DNA of 64,000 bases from an uncultured Candidatus Saccharibacteria bacterium (lineage in GTDB: Bacteria; Patescibacteriota; Doudnabacteria; UBA920; O2-02-FULL-48-8): NCBI GenBank assembly GCA_964605735.1, contig CAZSDS010000001.1:639157-703156 (forward strand), read 5' to 3'. A program made the translations under genes and the position numbers. Below the pieces are notes generated by a model. The model had not been told where the DNA came from and did not search any database. It saw only the letters and a program-made list of their open reading frames with translations. Shown here piece by piece: positions 18,385 to 29,592 of the stretch; positions within the stretch are counted from its first letter, which is position 1, and the number at the start of each line of letters is the position of its first letter.

Positions 18385-20541
18385 ATGACCATGGAACAAC
18401 TCCCAAAAGCATACGACCAGTCAAAAGAGCCTGATATCTACAAGCTCTGGGAACTCTCAGGCTATTTTAACCCTGACAACCTAACCGGCGAACCATACAC
18501 AATCATTATGCCTCCGCCAAACGCAACCGGAACCTTGCACATAGGGCACGCCTTTGAAGAGTCCATTCAGGACACCAATATCCGGTACCAGCGCATGCGC
18601 GGTAAAAAGGCTTTGTGGCTGCCAGGCACTGACCACGCTGCCATTGCCACCAACACCAAAGTGGAAAAAATCCTGATTAAGGAAGAAGGCAAAAACCGCC
18701 ATGACATCGGACGTGAAGCGTTTGTTAAAAAAGTGGAAGAATTTGTGGCGCAGAGCCGCGGCACGATCCAACAGCAAATCAGAAAACTGGGGGCTTCCGC
18801 AGATTGGAGCCGTGAAGCGTTTACCCTGGATGAAAAAAGGAGCCTGGCTGTCCGGACTGCTTTTAAAAACATGTATGACGACGGTTTGATTTACCGCGGC
18901 TACCGAGTGATTAACTGGGACCCTAAAGGCCAGACTGCAGTATCGGATGATGAAGTTACATATAAGGAAGAAAGGGGTCAGCTCTTCTACTTCAAATACT
19001 CCTCTGACTTCCCTATCACCATAGCTTCCACCCGCCCTGAAACAAAGTTTGGAGATACGGCCGTCGCCGTCAACCCAAATGACGATCGTTACAAGGAATA
19101 CATCGGCAAGGAATTTGACGTTAATTTTGCAGGAGTGGATTTGAAAATCAAAGTCATTGCCGACGAGTCAATTGACCCGGAATTTGGGAGCGGCGCCCTG
19201 GGTGTGACACCGGCGCACAGCATTATTGATTATGAACTCTCTCTTAAACATGGCCTGCCTCTCAAGCAAGTTATCAACGAGTACGGGAAAATGATGGATG
19301 CAGCCGGAAAACTGGTGGCTGGCAAAAAGACCAAGGAAGCCAGAGAAGTTTTGGTTGAATGGATGAGCCGAAACGGCCTGATCAGCAAAATTGATTTCAT
19401 TGACCAAAGCCTGCCTACTGCTGAACGAAGCGGCGGGCTGATCGAACCCTTGCCTAAACTGCAATGGTTTGTGAACGTCAATAAGCCGTTCAAAATGAAA
19501 CATTCTAAAATCCCGGGAGTTAAAGCCGGCGACGAAGTCACTTTGAAAAAACTTATGCGCACGGCAGTGGAAAGCGGCGAGGTAAAAATTCTTCCCGAAC
19601 GAGAAGAAAAGAAATATTTCCATTGGATTGACAACCTCCGCGACTGGAACATCAGCAGACAGCTTTGGTATGGGCACCGCATTCCTGTCTGGTACAAAGG
19701 CGACCATGTCTATTGCGGCACAACCCCGCCGGAAGGATCAGATTGGACCCAGGATGAAGACACGCTGGACACATGGTTCTCCTCCGCGCTCTGGACCTTC
19801 TCCCCTCTTGGCTGGCCTGAGCAGACTGAAGATTTGCAAACCTTTCACCCAACCCAGTTCATGTCGCCTGGCTATGAAATTCTGTTTCCCTGGGTTGCCC
19901 GCATGATCCTGATGAGCACCTATCATTTGGGCGAAGTTCCTTTTAAAACCGCATACATTCACGGGATCGTCCGAGATGCCAAAGGACAGAAATTCAGCAA
20001 GTCATTGAATAACGGCGTTGACCCGGTGGAAGTCATCAACAAATACGGCGCAGATGCTTTGCGCATGGCTTTGACTGTCGGCGTTGGCGCGGGGAATGAC
20101 TCCAAATACGACGAACAAAAAGTTAAGGGTTACCGTAATTTCGCCAATAAAATTTGGAATGCCGCAAGGTTTGTCCTGCAAAGCACTGGTGACCACAACA
20201 GAGGCGAAGAAATGACACTGCTGGAAGAAGACCAAAAAATTCTTGACGAAATCAAAACCATGGCTGAGCAGACCACAAAACTTATGGAGCAATATGACTT
20301 CTCCCATGCCGCAGAAAATCTTTACCATTTCTTCTGGCACAGGTTCGCGGACGAAATCATTGAAGCGTCAAAGCCTCGCCTGGACAACCCAGACACAAGA
20401 AAATCCACCCAGCGTATGCTGATCGAAGCGCTAGAGCTGCAATTGAAATTATTGCACCCGTTCACTCCGTTTGTCACAGAAGCAGTCTGGCAGCTCACAC
20501 ACACCAAACTGCTGATGATTGAACCGTGGCCGATTAAGTAA
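18385..20541 (+). CDS. valS: Valine--tRNA ligase (short form)
   Basis: PPPNATG.LHIGHA, PGTDHA, TRPET, DWNISRQLWYGHRIP, DTWFSS, KFSKS. Confidence 0.96.
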   Translation: MTMEQLPKAYDQSKEPDIYKLWELSGYFNPDNLTGEPYTIIMPPPNATGTLHIGHAFEESIQDTNIRYQRMRGKKALWLPGTDHAAIATNTKVEKILIKEEGKNRHDIGREAFVKKVEEFVAQSRGTIQQQIRKLGASADWSREAFTLDEKRSLAVRTAFKNMYDDGLIYRGYRVINWDPKGQTAVSDDEVTYKEERGQLFYFKYSSDFPITIASTRPETKFGDTAVAVNPNDDRYKEYIGKEFDVNFAGVDLKIKVIADESIDPEFGSGALGVTPAHSIIDYELSLKHGLPLKQVINEYGKMMDAAGKLVAGKKTKEAREVLVEWMSRNGLISKIDFIDQSLPTAERSGGLIEPLPKLQWFVNVNKPFKMKHSKIPGVKAGDEVTLKKLMRTAVESGEVKILPEREEKKYFHWIDNLRDWNISRQLWYGHRIPVWYKGDHVYCGTTPPEGSDWTQDEDTLDTWFSSALWTFSPLGWPEQTEDLQTFHPTQFMSPGYEILFPWVARMILMSTYHLGEVPFKTAYIHGIVRDAKGQKFSKSLNNGVDPVEVINKYGADALRMALTVGVGAGNDSKYDEQKVKGYRNFANKIWNAARFVLQSTGDHNRGEEMTLLEEDQKILDEIKTMAEQTTKLMEQYDFSHAAENLYHFFWHRFADEIIEASKPRLDNPDTRKSTQRMLIEALELQLKLLHPFTPFVTEAVWQLTHTKLLMIEPWPIK

Positions 20542-20545
20542 ATAT

Positions 20546-20573
20546 AAAAAGAGTCCCTCAAAGGACTCTTTTT
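20546..20573. terminator. Bidirectional terminator after valS
   Basis: AAAAAGAGTCC-CTCAAA-GGACTCTTTTT. Confidence 0.8.
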
Positions 20574-20582
20574 AGAAATGCG

Positions 20583-21131
20583 TTATTTAAAACTTACAGG
20601 GATCTCATATTTTCCCGCATTCTCCGGCAGGCCGGAAGGGTTGTCTTTTTCTATGACCAGCACGCCCATTTCAGTTTCAGGCTCCGCAAAATTCAAAACG
20701 GTTGAGAAGTTTACAAAATCAGTAGTCATCCACTCACCTTGAGCCTGAGCACCCACCTGAGCAAGAACCTTGCCATTGCCGTCTTTTAAGGTAACCGGGA
20801 TGTTTGCTTCAAAGAACCAATTACCTCGGGCTTTGCCAGTTACTGTAAGCGGACTGGTGACGGTTGCGCCAAATGCCGGAGAGTCTATCACCACCTCGCT
20901 GTTGGAAACCACCTCATCAGTAAACGATCTTCCGTCAGGAGTGCGGCATTGTTCAGGAAAAGTTTCCAGCAATGCGCCGCCGGCCTCAATGCAGGATGCA
21001 AAATCAGTAACATTGGCAAAGGCATCGTCGTTCCCATTCTCTTCATTGTTTTCTTTTGGCAACAAGGCAAAAACCAAACCAGCTACGACAAGCAATAAAA
21101 CAATAATAATCACATTTTTCAATTGATTCAT
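20583..21131 (-). CDS. Gmad2 immunoglobulin-like domain protein
   Basis: TM anchor, F.SC..AG....ETFPEQC, SPL.VTG.ARG.WFFEA, DNPSGLPEN. Confidence 0.8.
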   Translation of the reverse strand: MNQLKNVIIIVLLLVVAGLVFALLPKENNEENGNDDAFANVTDFASCIEAGGALLETFPEQCRTPDGRSFTDEVVSNSEVVIDSPAFGATVTSPLTVTGKARGNWFFEANIPVTLKDGNGKVLAQVGAQAQGEWMTTDFVNFSTVLNFAEPETEMGVLVIEKDNPSGLPENAGKYEIPVSFK

Positions 21132-21245
21132 AACGCTCTCCGATTAAGGTCCATAATATAACAACGAGGACAGTATACCAGAAGTAACAAAGGTTGACAA
21201 AGCAAAGGCTTTTTGACATACTGTGGTGTCCCTGAAGGAGGATAT

Positions 21246-21758
21246 ATGACCGAAGAAAAGGAAAAGATCAGCCTCTGCCTGGTGCTCACCAAGGAGAATA
21301 CGATTGCCGAGCACATAGAAACTTCCGACACGCCAACAATGCGCGTCGGCAACACCCCCAAGGTTCTGGCTGAAATCGACGCGGACAAGCTGAAGCCTTA
21401 CCCCTACCGCTCGGTATCATTCTGGACACATCAACGAAACTTGTTGGCCGTGTACCATGAAGCGCTCCGGGGCTTGGGCGAGCTGACATCCGAAGTGGTT
21501 ACCCAACCCCAGCAGAAGGCCTGTTCCCTGGTTTACGAACTGGAACAAGGACTTCAGACCCCGCAGGAGTTTTCGGGGTATTTGACTGCCCTGGAGGAAT
21601 ATTACCTCTCCAGGGGCGCAACCAACAACGATTACTCGGAGCTCAAGAATTTCTACCGGCGCGTACTCCTTGCATTTCTTCTGATGGTAAACGCGGGTGT
21701 ATACGACCAGCAGAAAAAAGTGCTGGAGGAGCGCACTGCGATCCGCCTTGTCCCCTGA
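21246..21758 (+). CDS. Orphan hypothetical protein
   Basis: Promoter TTGACA(21194)-17-CATACT, SD AAGGAGG, terminator about 21781-21819. Confidence 0.7.
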   Translation: MTEEKEKISLCLVLTKENTIAEHIETSDTPTMRVGNTPKVLAEIDADKLKPYPYRSVSFWTHQRNLLAVYHEALRGLGELTSEVVTQPQQKACSLVYELEQGLQTPQEFSGYLTALEEYYLSRGATNNDYSELKNFYRRVLLAFLLMVNAGVYDQQKKVLEERTAIRLVP

Positions 21759-21838
21759 TCCGCGCACTTTTCCCGAAACGAAAACACCTCTGGATTTTTA
21801 TCCCAGAGGTGTCTTTTTTGGACTATTTCATTCGAAGT

Positions 21839-24800
21839 TTAAGCCGTGGCCTGCAGGTCATGCGCCTCAGCAGCTTCTTTTTCAGCCAAAGCATCTTGCC
21901 TGTAACCTGTACCGGCAGGAATCAGCTTACCGATAATGACGTTTTCCTTCAAGCCGCGCAAGTAGTCAGTCTTGCTGTTAATCGCCGCGTCAATCAAAAC
22001 GCGGGTGGTTTCCTGGAAGGAAGCCGCGGCCAGGAACGAATCAGTGCTCAAAGATGCCTTGGTCAGACCCATGAGCAGCTGCTCAGCCTGGGCTGGGCGT
22101 CCGCCATTGGCCTGGACTCTTTCATTTTCCATGTTCAAGCGTGACTTATCGATCATATCGCCCGTAAGAAGTTCAGTGTCTCCCGGATCAGTGATCCTGA
22201 CTTTGGAGAACATTTGGCGGACAATGATTTCAATGTGCTTTTCGTTCACGTTTTGACCTTGTGAGGAATAAATTTCCTGCACGTCTTTGATGATGTAATC
22301 CTGACAAGCTTCAATGCCACGCAAGGCAAAGACCTGGTTAAGGTTCAAGTTACCTTCAGTCAGCGACTGACCGACGGAAACCAGATCACCTTCCTTAACC
22401 AAAACGCCAAGTCCTGCTGGCACCGTGTATTCGCGGAAGTTTTCAGACTCGCGGATAACCACCAATTTATTGTCTTCAACTTTGACGATTCCGGCATTGG
22501 TTGCCTTCACGGTTTCTCCAGCCTGGTTTACGAACATAGGATCGCCGGAGTTAACGGTCTCACCATCTTTGATCTGGAGCTTCTGGACATCCAGAGGGTA
22601 TGTGTCTTTTGAAATATCCTGGGCTTCAATTCTGATAACTGATTCTTTTGAGCTCTGTTTGACGAAAGCCACAACACCGTTGATTTCTGAAAGGAATGCC
22701 TGACCTTTTGGTTCGCGGGCTTCCAGCAACTCTTCAACTCGAGGCAAACCTTGGGTAATGTCGAGTCCTGCCACACCACCGGTGTGGAAAGTTCTCATGG
22801 TCAGCTGGGTGCCCGGCTCACCAATGGCCTGAGCAGCCACAATACCTACAGCCGCACCCAAATCCACCATCTTGTTAAAGCCAAGGTCGTAACCGTAACA
22901 CTGTGCACAGACCCCTCGGGTCAGCTTACATCGCAGAATCGTCCTGACCTCAACTTCTGACACTGATGACTTTTCAATCTTTTCAGCCAAGCGGTCATCA
23001 ATCATATCCCCTGCTTTGGCCATAACGTTACCCTCAGCGTCTCTGACATCTCCAGCCAGAACTCGGCCAAAAATTCTCTTGGCGAGCGGCCGGCCCAAAG
23101 CTTCTGAAGATGCGCGGGTGATGACGCGGCCGGTTGAAACGCCACAATCTTCGGCGTTGATCACCAGATCCTGCGCCACGTCCACCAGACGGCGGGTCAA
23201 GTAACCTGCGTCAGCGGTTCTCAGCGCGGTGTCAGTCATACCTTTTCGGGCGCCGTGGGTTGAAATGAAGTATTCCAAAATGCTCAAACCTTCTTTGAAG
23301 GCGTCACGAACAGGAAGTTCGATAACTTCACCTGCTGGGTTTGTCACCAAACCCTTCATGCCGGCCATCTGCGCCACCTGGGAAACAGATCCTCGAGCAC
23401 CGGAGTTGACCATCTGGTAAACTGTGCCGTATTCATCCAATGTGGTTGTGATTGCTTCAGTAACCTTGTCTCGGACTTCGGCCCAGATTTCAATAACACG
23501 GTTCTGCCTTTCATGTGCGGTCAGCAAGCCCTGCTGGTACATTTCAAAAGTCTTCTGGACTTCCTCATCTGCCCTTTCAAGCAATTCTTTCTTGATTTCG
23601 GGAACCTTCAAATCATCCATACCCCATGAAATTCCGGATTTGGTCACGTACTTAAAGCCAGTGTCTTTGATGTCATCAAGCAGAATGGCGGTGCGGTCAA
23701 TCCCAAAGTCGCGGTAACAAATCTGAATAACCTGCTGCATTCTCTTTTTGTCCATGGTTTCGTTCACAAACCTCATGGACTCAGGCAACATCTGGTTCCA
23801 GATCACGCGTCCAATACAAGTTTCAACAAGGCCATGGTTGCCCCAACCTTCGCCCATGCGGATTTTCACGCGAGCCTTCAAGCTGACCACGCCGGAAGCG
23901 TGGGCCAGCAAAGCTTCTTCTGGGGAACCATAAACTTTTCCTTCACCTTTTTCACCTGGGTGGATGCGAGTCAGCCAATAACAACCAAGCACCATGTCCT
24001 GGTTAGGACCCATGATAGGTTCGCCGGATGCCGGTTTGAGCAAGTTTCGGGAAGATAACATGATGTTTTTTGCCTCTTCCTGAGCTGCTGCGGTCAAAGA
24101 TACGTGAACAGCCATTTGGTCGCCGTCAAAGTCAGCGTTAAAAGCAGGACAAACCAAAGGATGAACCTTAATGGCCTTACCTTCAATCAATGTCGGCAAG
24201 AACGCCTGGAAGCCGAGCCTGTGCAGGGTTGGAGCGCGGTTGAGCAAAACATAGTGATCTTTGGTCACCTCTTCCAAGATGTCATAGACTTCTGTTCTAC
24301 CCTGTTCAATCAGGCGGTTTGCGGAACGGACGTTGTGCGCGTATTCGCGGGTGATAAGTTTAGAAATTACGAACGGCTTGAAAAGTTCCAAAGCCATTTT
24401 CTTTGGCAAACCACACTGGTGGAGTTTCAGGTTTGGACCACCGACAATTACAGAGCGGCCTGAGTAGTCCACGCGCTTACCGAGCAAGTTCTGGCGGAAG
24501 CGGCCCTGCTTACCTTTCAACATGTCAGCCAATGAGCGGAGCTTGCGCTTTTGACCGGTGGAGGCTGTAACCTCTTTGCCGTGGCGGATTGAGTTGTCGA
24601 TCAAAGCGTCCACTGCTTCCTGCAGCATGCGCTTTTCGTTTCGGGTAATGACTTCCGGTGCGCCGATTTCCAGCAATTTCTTCAAACGGTTGTTTCGGTT
24701 GATGACGCGGCGGTACAAATCGTTTAAGTCAGATGCTGCGAATCGTCCACCATCCAGCTGAACCATAGGGCGCAAGTCTGGCGGGATAACAGGCAAGTTG

Positions 24801-25732
24801 GTGATGATCATCCATTCTGGCCTGATGCCTGAGCGGAGCATTGACTTTACCAGTTTCAAACGGCGGAGAATTTTCCGCTGTGACAAGCCTTCAGCTGACT
24901 TGGATTCCTCTTCCAAAGCGGCGTAAAGTTTTTCCAAATCCAATTCTGAGACCAGGTTCTGGATGGCCTGAGCGCCAATGCCGGCCTGGAACACTGGACC
25001 ATACTTCAAAGACAAGTCTCTGTAGTCGAGTTCTGAGATGACTTGGTATTTCTTGATTGACTTCAATTCTGAGCGGGCGAGATCTCTGATGGATTCAAGG
25101 TGTTCCATTTCCTTTGCGGCCATATCGCGCATGCGGTTTGCCTCAGTGTCAAACTCCGCGGCTGCAACATCCTTATCTTTGCCTGCGCTCTGCTTTGCGT
25201 GGTCAGACTTGGCTTGGTTGATCAAGGCTTCATATCGGGATTCGATTTCCTTTTTCTTGCTCTTGTATTCGCGTTCAATCTGTTCCATGGTTGCCGCGCG
25301 GGCGTCTTCGTCAACGGAGGTGATGATGTAAGCGGCAAAGTAAACAACTTTTTCCAGTTCCTGTACGGACAAATCCAAAACCAGCCCCAAGCGAGATGGT
25401 ACGCCTCGGAGGAACCAGATGTGGGTTACTGGAGCGGACAGCTTAATGTGGCCCATGCGTTCGCGGCGAACGGATGATTTGGTGACTTCCACGCCACACT
25501 TGTCACAAATAATGCCTTTGTAGCGGATTCTCTTGTATTTTCCGCAATAACATTCCCAGTCCCTGATTGGACCGAAAATCTTTTCATCGAACAAACCATC
25601 TTTTTCCGGACGCTGGGTTCGGTAGTTGATGGTTTCGGGCTTGGTCACCTCGCCGTAGGACCAATTCAGGATGTCCTCGGGAGATGCGAGCTTGAGGCGA
25701 ACCGCCTTAAACTCTTCTGTTTGTTGTACCAT
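21839..25732 (-). CDS. rpoC: DNA-directed RNA polymerase beta' subunit
   Basis: NADFDGD catalytic motif, zinc-finger cysteines, [16 protein letters not shown]. Confidence 0.99.
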   Translation of the reverse strand: MVQQTEEFKAVRLKLASPEDILNWSYGEVTKPETINYRTQRPEKDGLFDEKIFGPIRDWECYCGKYKRIRYKGIICDKCGVEVTKSSVRRERMGHIKLSAPVTHIWFLRGVPSRLGLVLDLSVQELEKVVYFAAYIITSVDEDARAATMEQIEREYKSKKKEIESRYEALINQAKSDHAKQSAGKDKDVAAAEFDTEANRMRDMAAKEMEHLESIRDLARSELKSIKKYQVISELDYRDLSLKYGPVFQAGIGAQAIQNLVSELDLEKLYAALEEESKSAEGLSQRKILRRLKLVKSMLRSGIRPEWMIITNLPVIPPDLRPMVQLDGGRFAASDLNDLYRRVINRNNRLKKLLEIGAPEVITRNEKRMLQEAVDALIDNSIRHGKEVTASTGQKRKLRSLADMLKGKQGRFRQNLLGKRVDYSGRSVIVGGPNLKLHQCGLPKKMALELFKPFVISKLITREYAHNVRSANRLIEQGRTEVYDILEEVTKDHYVLLNRAPTLHRLGFQAFLPTLIEGKAIKVHPLVCPAFNADFDGDQMAVHVSLTAAAQEEAKNIMLSSRNLLKPASGEPIMGPNQDMVLGCYWLTRIHPGEKGEGKVYGSPEEALLAHASGVVSLKARVKIRMGEGWGNHGLVETCIGRVIWNQMLPESMRFVNETMDKKRMQQVIQICYRDFGIDRTAILLDDIKDTGFKYVTKSGISWGMDDLKVPEIKKELLERADEEVQKTFEMYQQGLLTAHERQNRVIEIWAEVRDKVTEAITTTLDEYGTVYQMVNSGARGSVSQVAQMAGMKGLVTNPAGEVIELPVRDAFKEGLSILEYFISTHGARKGMTDTALRTADAGYLTRRLVDVAQDLVINAEDCGVSTGRVITRASSEALGRPLAKRIFGRVLAGDVRDAEGNVMAKAGDMIDDRLAEKIEKSSVSEVEVRTILRCKLTRGVCAQCYGYDLGFNKMVDLGAAVGIVAAQAIGEPGTQLTMRTFHTGGVAGLDITQGLPRVEELLEAREPKGQAFLSEINGVVAFVKQSSKESVIRIEAQDISKDTYPLDVQKLQIKDGETVNSGDPMFVNQAGETVKATNAGIVKVEDNKLVVIRESENFREYTVPAGLGVLVKEGDLVSVGQSLTEGNLNLNQVFALRGIEACQDYIIKDVQEIYSSQGQNVNEKHIEIIVRQMFSKVRITDPGDTELLTGDMIDKSRLNMENERVQANGGRPAQAEQLLMGLTKASLSTDSFLAAASFQETTRVLIDAAINSKTDYLRGLKENVIIGKLIPAGTGYRQDALAEKEAAEAHDLQATA

Positions 25733-25780
25733 TGGGTATAAATCCCTAAAAATTAATTACAAAAATTATTATTATCTTTT

Positions 25781-25912
25781 AGCGCTGCCGGGCGCCCTCT
25801 ATCAGGACCGCATAAATCCCACAACTTATACAATTCCTTTAATGTGGGATTTTGCTTAGTCTCGGCCGCTGATGCGGCCTCCGATGTCCTGCTATCGGGC
25901 AACCCGTCCGCT
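25781..25912. repeat. Structured palindromic element between rpoB and rpoC
   Basis: Long imperfect inverted repeat enclosing two hairpins; 15-nt core shared with 29537-29590. Confidence 0.6.
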
Positions 25913-25922
25913 CAACCAAAAA

Positions 25923-28900
25923 TTATTTCTTTGCCTTTTTCTTTTTGGATTTATCCCCGTCTGCTGTTACTGGCTCTGGAATGTCAGCCATCATGTCCAG
26001 CTTCTCGTCTGTGGTTGCCAATTCCTGGACCTGGCCTTCAGTGTCATCCTCTTCAACTTTCTTTTCGCCGATCAATTCAACGTTCAAACACAGGGATTGC
26101 AATTCTTTAACCAACACGCGGAACGATTCCGGAACGTTTGGCTTCTTAATTGGCTCACCCTTAACAATGGATTCGTAAGTCTTGGCGCGCCCTACGACGT
26201 CGTCAGACTTAATGGTCAACATTTCCTGCAAAGTATGGGCGGCGCCGTAGCCTTCCAGTGCCCACACTTCCATTTCTCCGAATCTTTGTCCGCCGAACTG
26301 GGCTTTACCGCCGAGCGGCTGTTGAGTAATCAAGGAGTAAGGGCCTGTTGACCGGGCATGCATCTTGTCATCTACCAAGTGGTGGAGCTTAAGCATGTAG
26401 ATGATACCTACGGTAACTTTCTCAGCAAAGCGGTCCCCTGTTTTTCCGTCAAACATATACACCTTACCGTCTACAGGATATCCAGCCTTGGTCAATTCTT
26501 CTTTTATAGTCTCTTCTGGCACACCATCAAGAGGCGGTGTGGCAAGCTTATAACCAAGCTTCTTTGCAGCCAAACCTAAGTGGGTTTCCAAAATCTGACC
26601 GATGTTCATACGGGAAGCCACACCGAGAGGATTCAGAATGATATCTACTGGTGTTCCGTCTTCCATGAACGGCATATCTTCTACTGGAATAATCTGAGAA
26701 ATAACACCCTTGTTTCCGTGGCGTCCTGCCATCTTATCGCCGACTTGGATTTTTCTTAAGACAGCAACAGAAACCTGGATGGATTTGATTACGCCAGATG
26801 GGAGCTTGTCGCCTTGTTCTCGGGAGAATTCGCGGATATGGACAACCTTACCGTATTCACCGTGAGGTAATGTCAAAGAAGTATCTTTAACGTCTCGGGA
26901 TTTTTCACCGAAAATCACGCGGAGCAATTTTTCTTCAGCAGTTAAATCAGTTTCACCTTTTGGTGTGATCTTACCTACCAAAATATCCCCTGCTTTCACC
27001 TGGGCACCAATGCGCACAACTCCATTTTCGTCCAAATCCTTCAGTTTTTCCTCACCGACGTTTGGAATATCCCTGGTAATAATTTCAGGGCCAAGCTTGG
27101 TGTCGCGGACATCAATCTTAAAGTCTTCAATGTGAATAGATGAGTAGCGGTCTTCTTCCACAACCCTGGAGGAAATCAAAATAGCGTCTTCATAGTTGCC
27201 GCCACCCCATGACATGAATGCAACCAGCATGTTTTGGCCCAAAGCCAACTCAGCTTTTTCAACGGAAGCACCGTCGGCGATTGGCTGACCAGCTTTAACT
27301 TCCTGCCCCTTAACCACAATTGGATGCTGGTTAATGGATGTTGAAGTGTTTGATCTGACAAACTTCTGGAGTTCGTATTCGTGTTTCTTGCCAGCCTTAT
27401 CTGTAACAACAATCTTATCCCCTGTGACAGAAGTGACTGTGCCGTCGTATTCGGAAATTGCCACCTGACCGGAGTCATAAGCAGCCTTGCCCTCAACGCC
27501 GGTTCCGACAATCGGAGAATCGGTTTTGATGCAGGACACAGCCTGACGTTGCATGTTTGATCCCATCAAAGCGCGGTTAGCGTCATCGTGCTCAACAAAT
27601 GGAATCAATGAGGTAGTAATGGAGATGATTTGCTTTGGGGAAACTTCCAAATAGTCCAAATCGCCGGTTGAACCAATGGATGGCTCGCCACGGACGCGGA
27701 CTGAAACACGCTCAGCAGTAAAGTAACCTTTTTCGTCAAAAGGAGCATTGGCCTGACCAATGTTAAACTGTTCTTCTTCATAAGCATCAAGGTAAACAAT
27801 TTCGTTGGTGACGAAAGGCTTGATTTCGATTTGAGTCAGCGCGCTGTTTGCGGACAACTTCTTTGCCGCGTCTGCAGAGATCTGGTCCCCAGCCTTCACG
27901 ACAACCGAACCTGACTCATCATTCAAATCATGTTTTGCAAAATAACCTGCGGCGGATTTTCCGTCGTTAGGCATTTGTTTGATGATCTTGCGGTATGGGG
28001 TTTCTATAAAGCCGTATTCGTTGATGCGGGCAAAGCTTGCCAAGTGAGCCACCAAACCGATGTTTGGCCCTTCAGGGGTGGTGATTGGACAAAGCCTCCC
28101 GTAATGGGAATGGTGAACGTCTCGGACTTCAAAACCGGCGCGTTCACGGGACAAACCGCCAGGACCAGTGGCGGACAAACGGCGCTTGTGCTCCAATTCG
28201 GCCAGAGGGTTAGTCTGGTCCATGAACTGAGAAAGCTGTGAGGATGAGAAAAATTCCTGAATCACGGCAACAATTGGTCGGACGTGGATCAACTGGGCAG
28301 GTGTGACTGTTTCAATGTCAGCCAAGCTCATTCTGTCTTTGGCGATTCTGCTCATACGGGCAAGACCAATGCGGAATTTACCCTGAATCAACTCGCCTAC
28401 CGCGCGAACGCGGCGGTTGGACAAGTGGTCAATGTCATCCCAAGGTTCCTGAGTGTTGTTCAGCCTGATAACTTCCTTGATGATGTCCACCATATCTTGC
28501 TTGGTCAGCACATGGTCTTCCCTGTCTTCGACGTTCAGTCTTTGGTTGAGCTTGTAGCGTCCAACTTCGGACAAATCGTATCTGTCGGCTTGGAAGAACA
28601 TGGCCTCAATCAAAGATCGGGCATTGTCCACTGTGGCCAGATCGCCTGGGCGGATTCTTTTGTAAACTTCCTTGAAGCCTTCATCAGCATTCTTGGAAGG
28701 GTCTTTGTCTAATGTGTTCTGGATAAATCGCATGTCTGGGTTTGTATCAACATCTGCGAAGGAAGCCAAAATTTCTTCGTCAGAGGCAAATCCAAAAACG
28801 CGCAGTAAAGCTGTAACAGGAATCCTGCGCTTACGATCAATCTTTACGGAGAGCACTCCGTTTAAATCAGTTTCAATTTCAAGCCATGCCCCGCGGTTAG

Positions 28901-29402
28901 GGATGATCTTAGCACCATACCAATTTCTTCCGCGTGCGACTTCTCCACTGAAGAAGACGCCCGGGGATTTAACCAGCTGAGAAACAACAACTCTTTCCAC
29001 ACCATTGATGACAAAAGTGCCTCGCGGAGTCATTACTGGAAAATCACCCAAGTATACGTCTTGAGTTTTTGTTTTGCCGGTTACTTTGTTGACGAGTTTT
29101 ACGGAAACATAAAGAGGAGCTTCGTAAGTCGTGTTCCTCTCTTTTGCCGTCTTTTCGTCATATTTTGGTTTGTCTAAGAAATACTCTCCAAAAAACAGTT
29201 CCAGGTTCTTGCCGGTGAAATCCTTGATTGGGGTGATTTCGCCGAAAAGTTCCTTCAATCCTTTTTCCATGAACCACTTATAGGATACGAGCTGTACTTC
29301 AATGAGGTTTGGCATGCTCATCACCTCTTGGAAAGGTGTGAAGTACTTTCGAGTCCCGCGGTGGAAGCTTGGATCAGGAAGATTTTGGCTTATATAAGCC
29401 AT
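25923..29402 (-). CDS. rpoB: DNA-directed RNA polymerase beta subunit
   Basis: GDKMAGRHGNKG, HLVDDKMHARSTG, GGQRFGEME; start uncertain (29402 or 29420). Confidence 0.99.
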   Translation of the reverse strand: MAYISQNLPDPSFHRGTRKYFTPFQEVMSMPNLIEVQLVSYKWFMEKGLKELFGEITPIKDFTGKNLELFFGEYFLDKPKYDEKTAKERNTTYEAPLYVSVKLVNKVTGKTKTQDVYLGDFPVMTPRGTFVINGVERVVVSQLVKSPGVFFSGEVARGRNWYGAKIIPNRGAWLEIETDLNGVLSVKIDRKRRIPVTALLRVFGFASDEEILASFADVDTNPDMRFIQNTLDKDPSKNADEGFKEVYKRIRPGDLATVDNARSLIEAMFFQADRYDLSEVGRYKLNQRLNVEDREDHVLTKQDMVDIIKEVIRLNNTQEPWDDIDHLSNRRVRAVGELIQGKFRIGLARMSRIAKDRMSLADIETVTPAQLIHVRPIVAVIQEFFSSSQLSQFMDQTNPLAELEHKRRLSATGPGGLSRERAGFEVRDVHHSHYGRLCPITTPEGPNIGLVAHLASFARINEYGFIETPYRKIIKQMPNDGKSAAGYFAKHDLNDESGSVVVKAGDQISADAAKKLSANSALTQIEIKPFVTNEIVYLDAYEEEQFNIGQANAPFDEKGYFTAERVSVRVRGEPSIGSTGDLDYLEVSPKQIISITTSLIPFVEHDDANRALMGSNMQRQAVSCIKTDSPIVGTGVEGKAAYDSGQVAISEYDGTVTSVTGDKIVVTDKAGKKHEYELQKFVRSNTSTSINQHPIVVKGQEVKAGQPIADGASVEKAELALGQNMLVAFMSWGGGNYEDAILISSRVVEEDRYSSIHIEDFKIDVRDTKLGPEIITRDIPNVGEEKLKDLDENGVVRIGAQVKAGDILVGKITPKGETDLTAEEKLLRVIFGEKSRDVKDTSLTLPHGEYGKVVHIREFSREQGDKLPSGVIKSIQVSVAVLRKIQVGDKMAGRHGNKGVISQIIPVEDMPFMEDGTPVDIILNPLGVASRMNIGQILETHLGLAAKKLGYKLATPPLDGVPEETIKEELTKAGYPVDGKVYMFDGKTGDRFAEKVTVGIIYMLKLHHLVDDKMHARSTGPYSLITQQPLGGKAQFGGQRFGEMEVWALEGYGAAHTLQEMLTIKSDDVVGRAKTYESIVKGEPIKKPNVPESFRVLVKELQSLCLNVELIGEKKVEEDDTEGQVQELATTDEKLDMMADIPEPVTADGDKSKKKKAKK

Positions 29403-29536
29403 TTTCCTTTTTATAGGCATAAAATAATCCCTCTTTCTGCCATATGCAAAAAGAGCCGCTGAGGCTTACTTATTTATGTAGTTATTTATCACACTTGAAT
29501 TTTACCCTACTAGATATATTTGTCAAATAGTTCGCG

Positions 29537-29590
29537 TTGAGGATGAGCGCTCCTGGTTCTCCCTCTCCAGGACCGCATAAATTCCTCATA
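29537..29590. repeat. Second copy of palindromic element, at the MFS gene 3' end and upstream of the rpoB promoter
   Basis: Shares AGCGCT..CCCTCT..CAGGACCGCATAAAT with 25781-25817; folds TGAGGA/TCCTCA and CCTGG/CCAGG. Confidence 0.55.
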
Positions 29591-29592
29591 AG

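Noticed and set aside
25100-25340. Coiled-coil insertion in the RpoC N-terminal region
   Set aside because: Lineage-specific beta' insertions at this position are known; not evidently novel
21809-29000. Many antisense ORFs within rpoB/rpoC and other core genes
   Set aside because: Shadow ORFs from codon bias, with no motifs or expression signals
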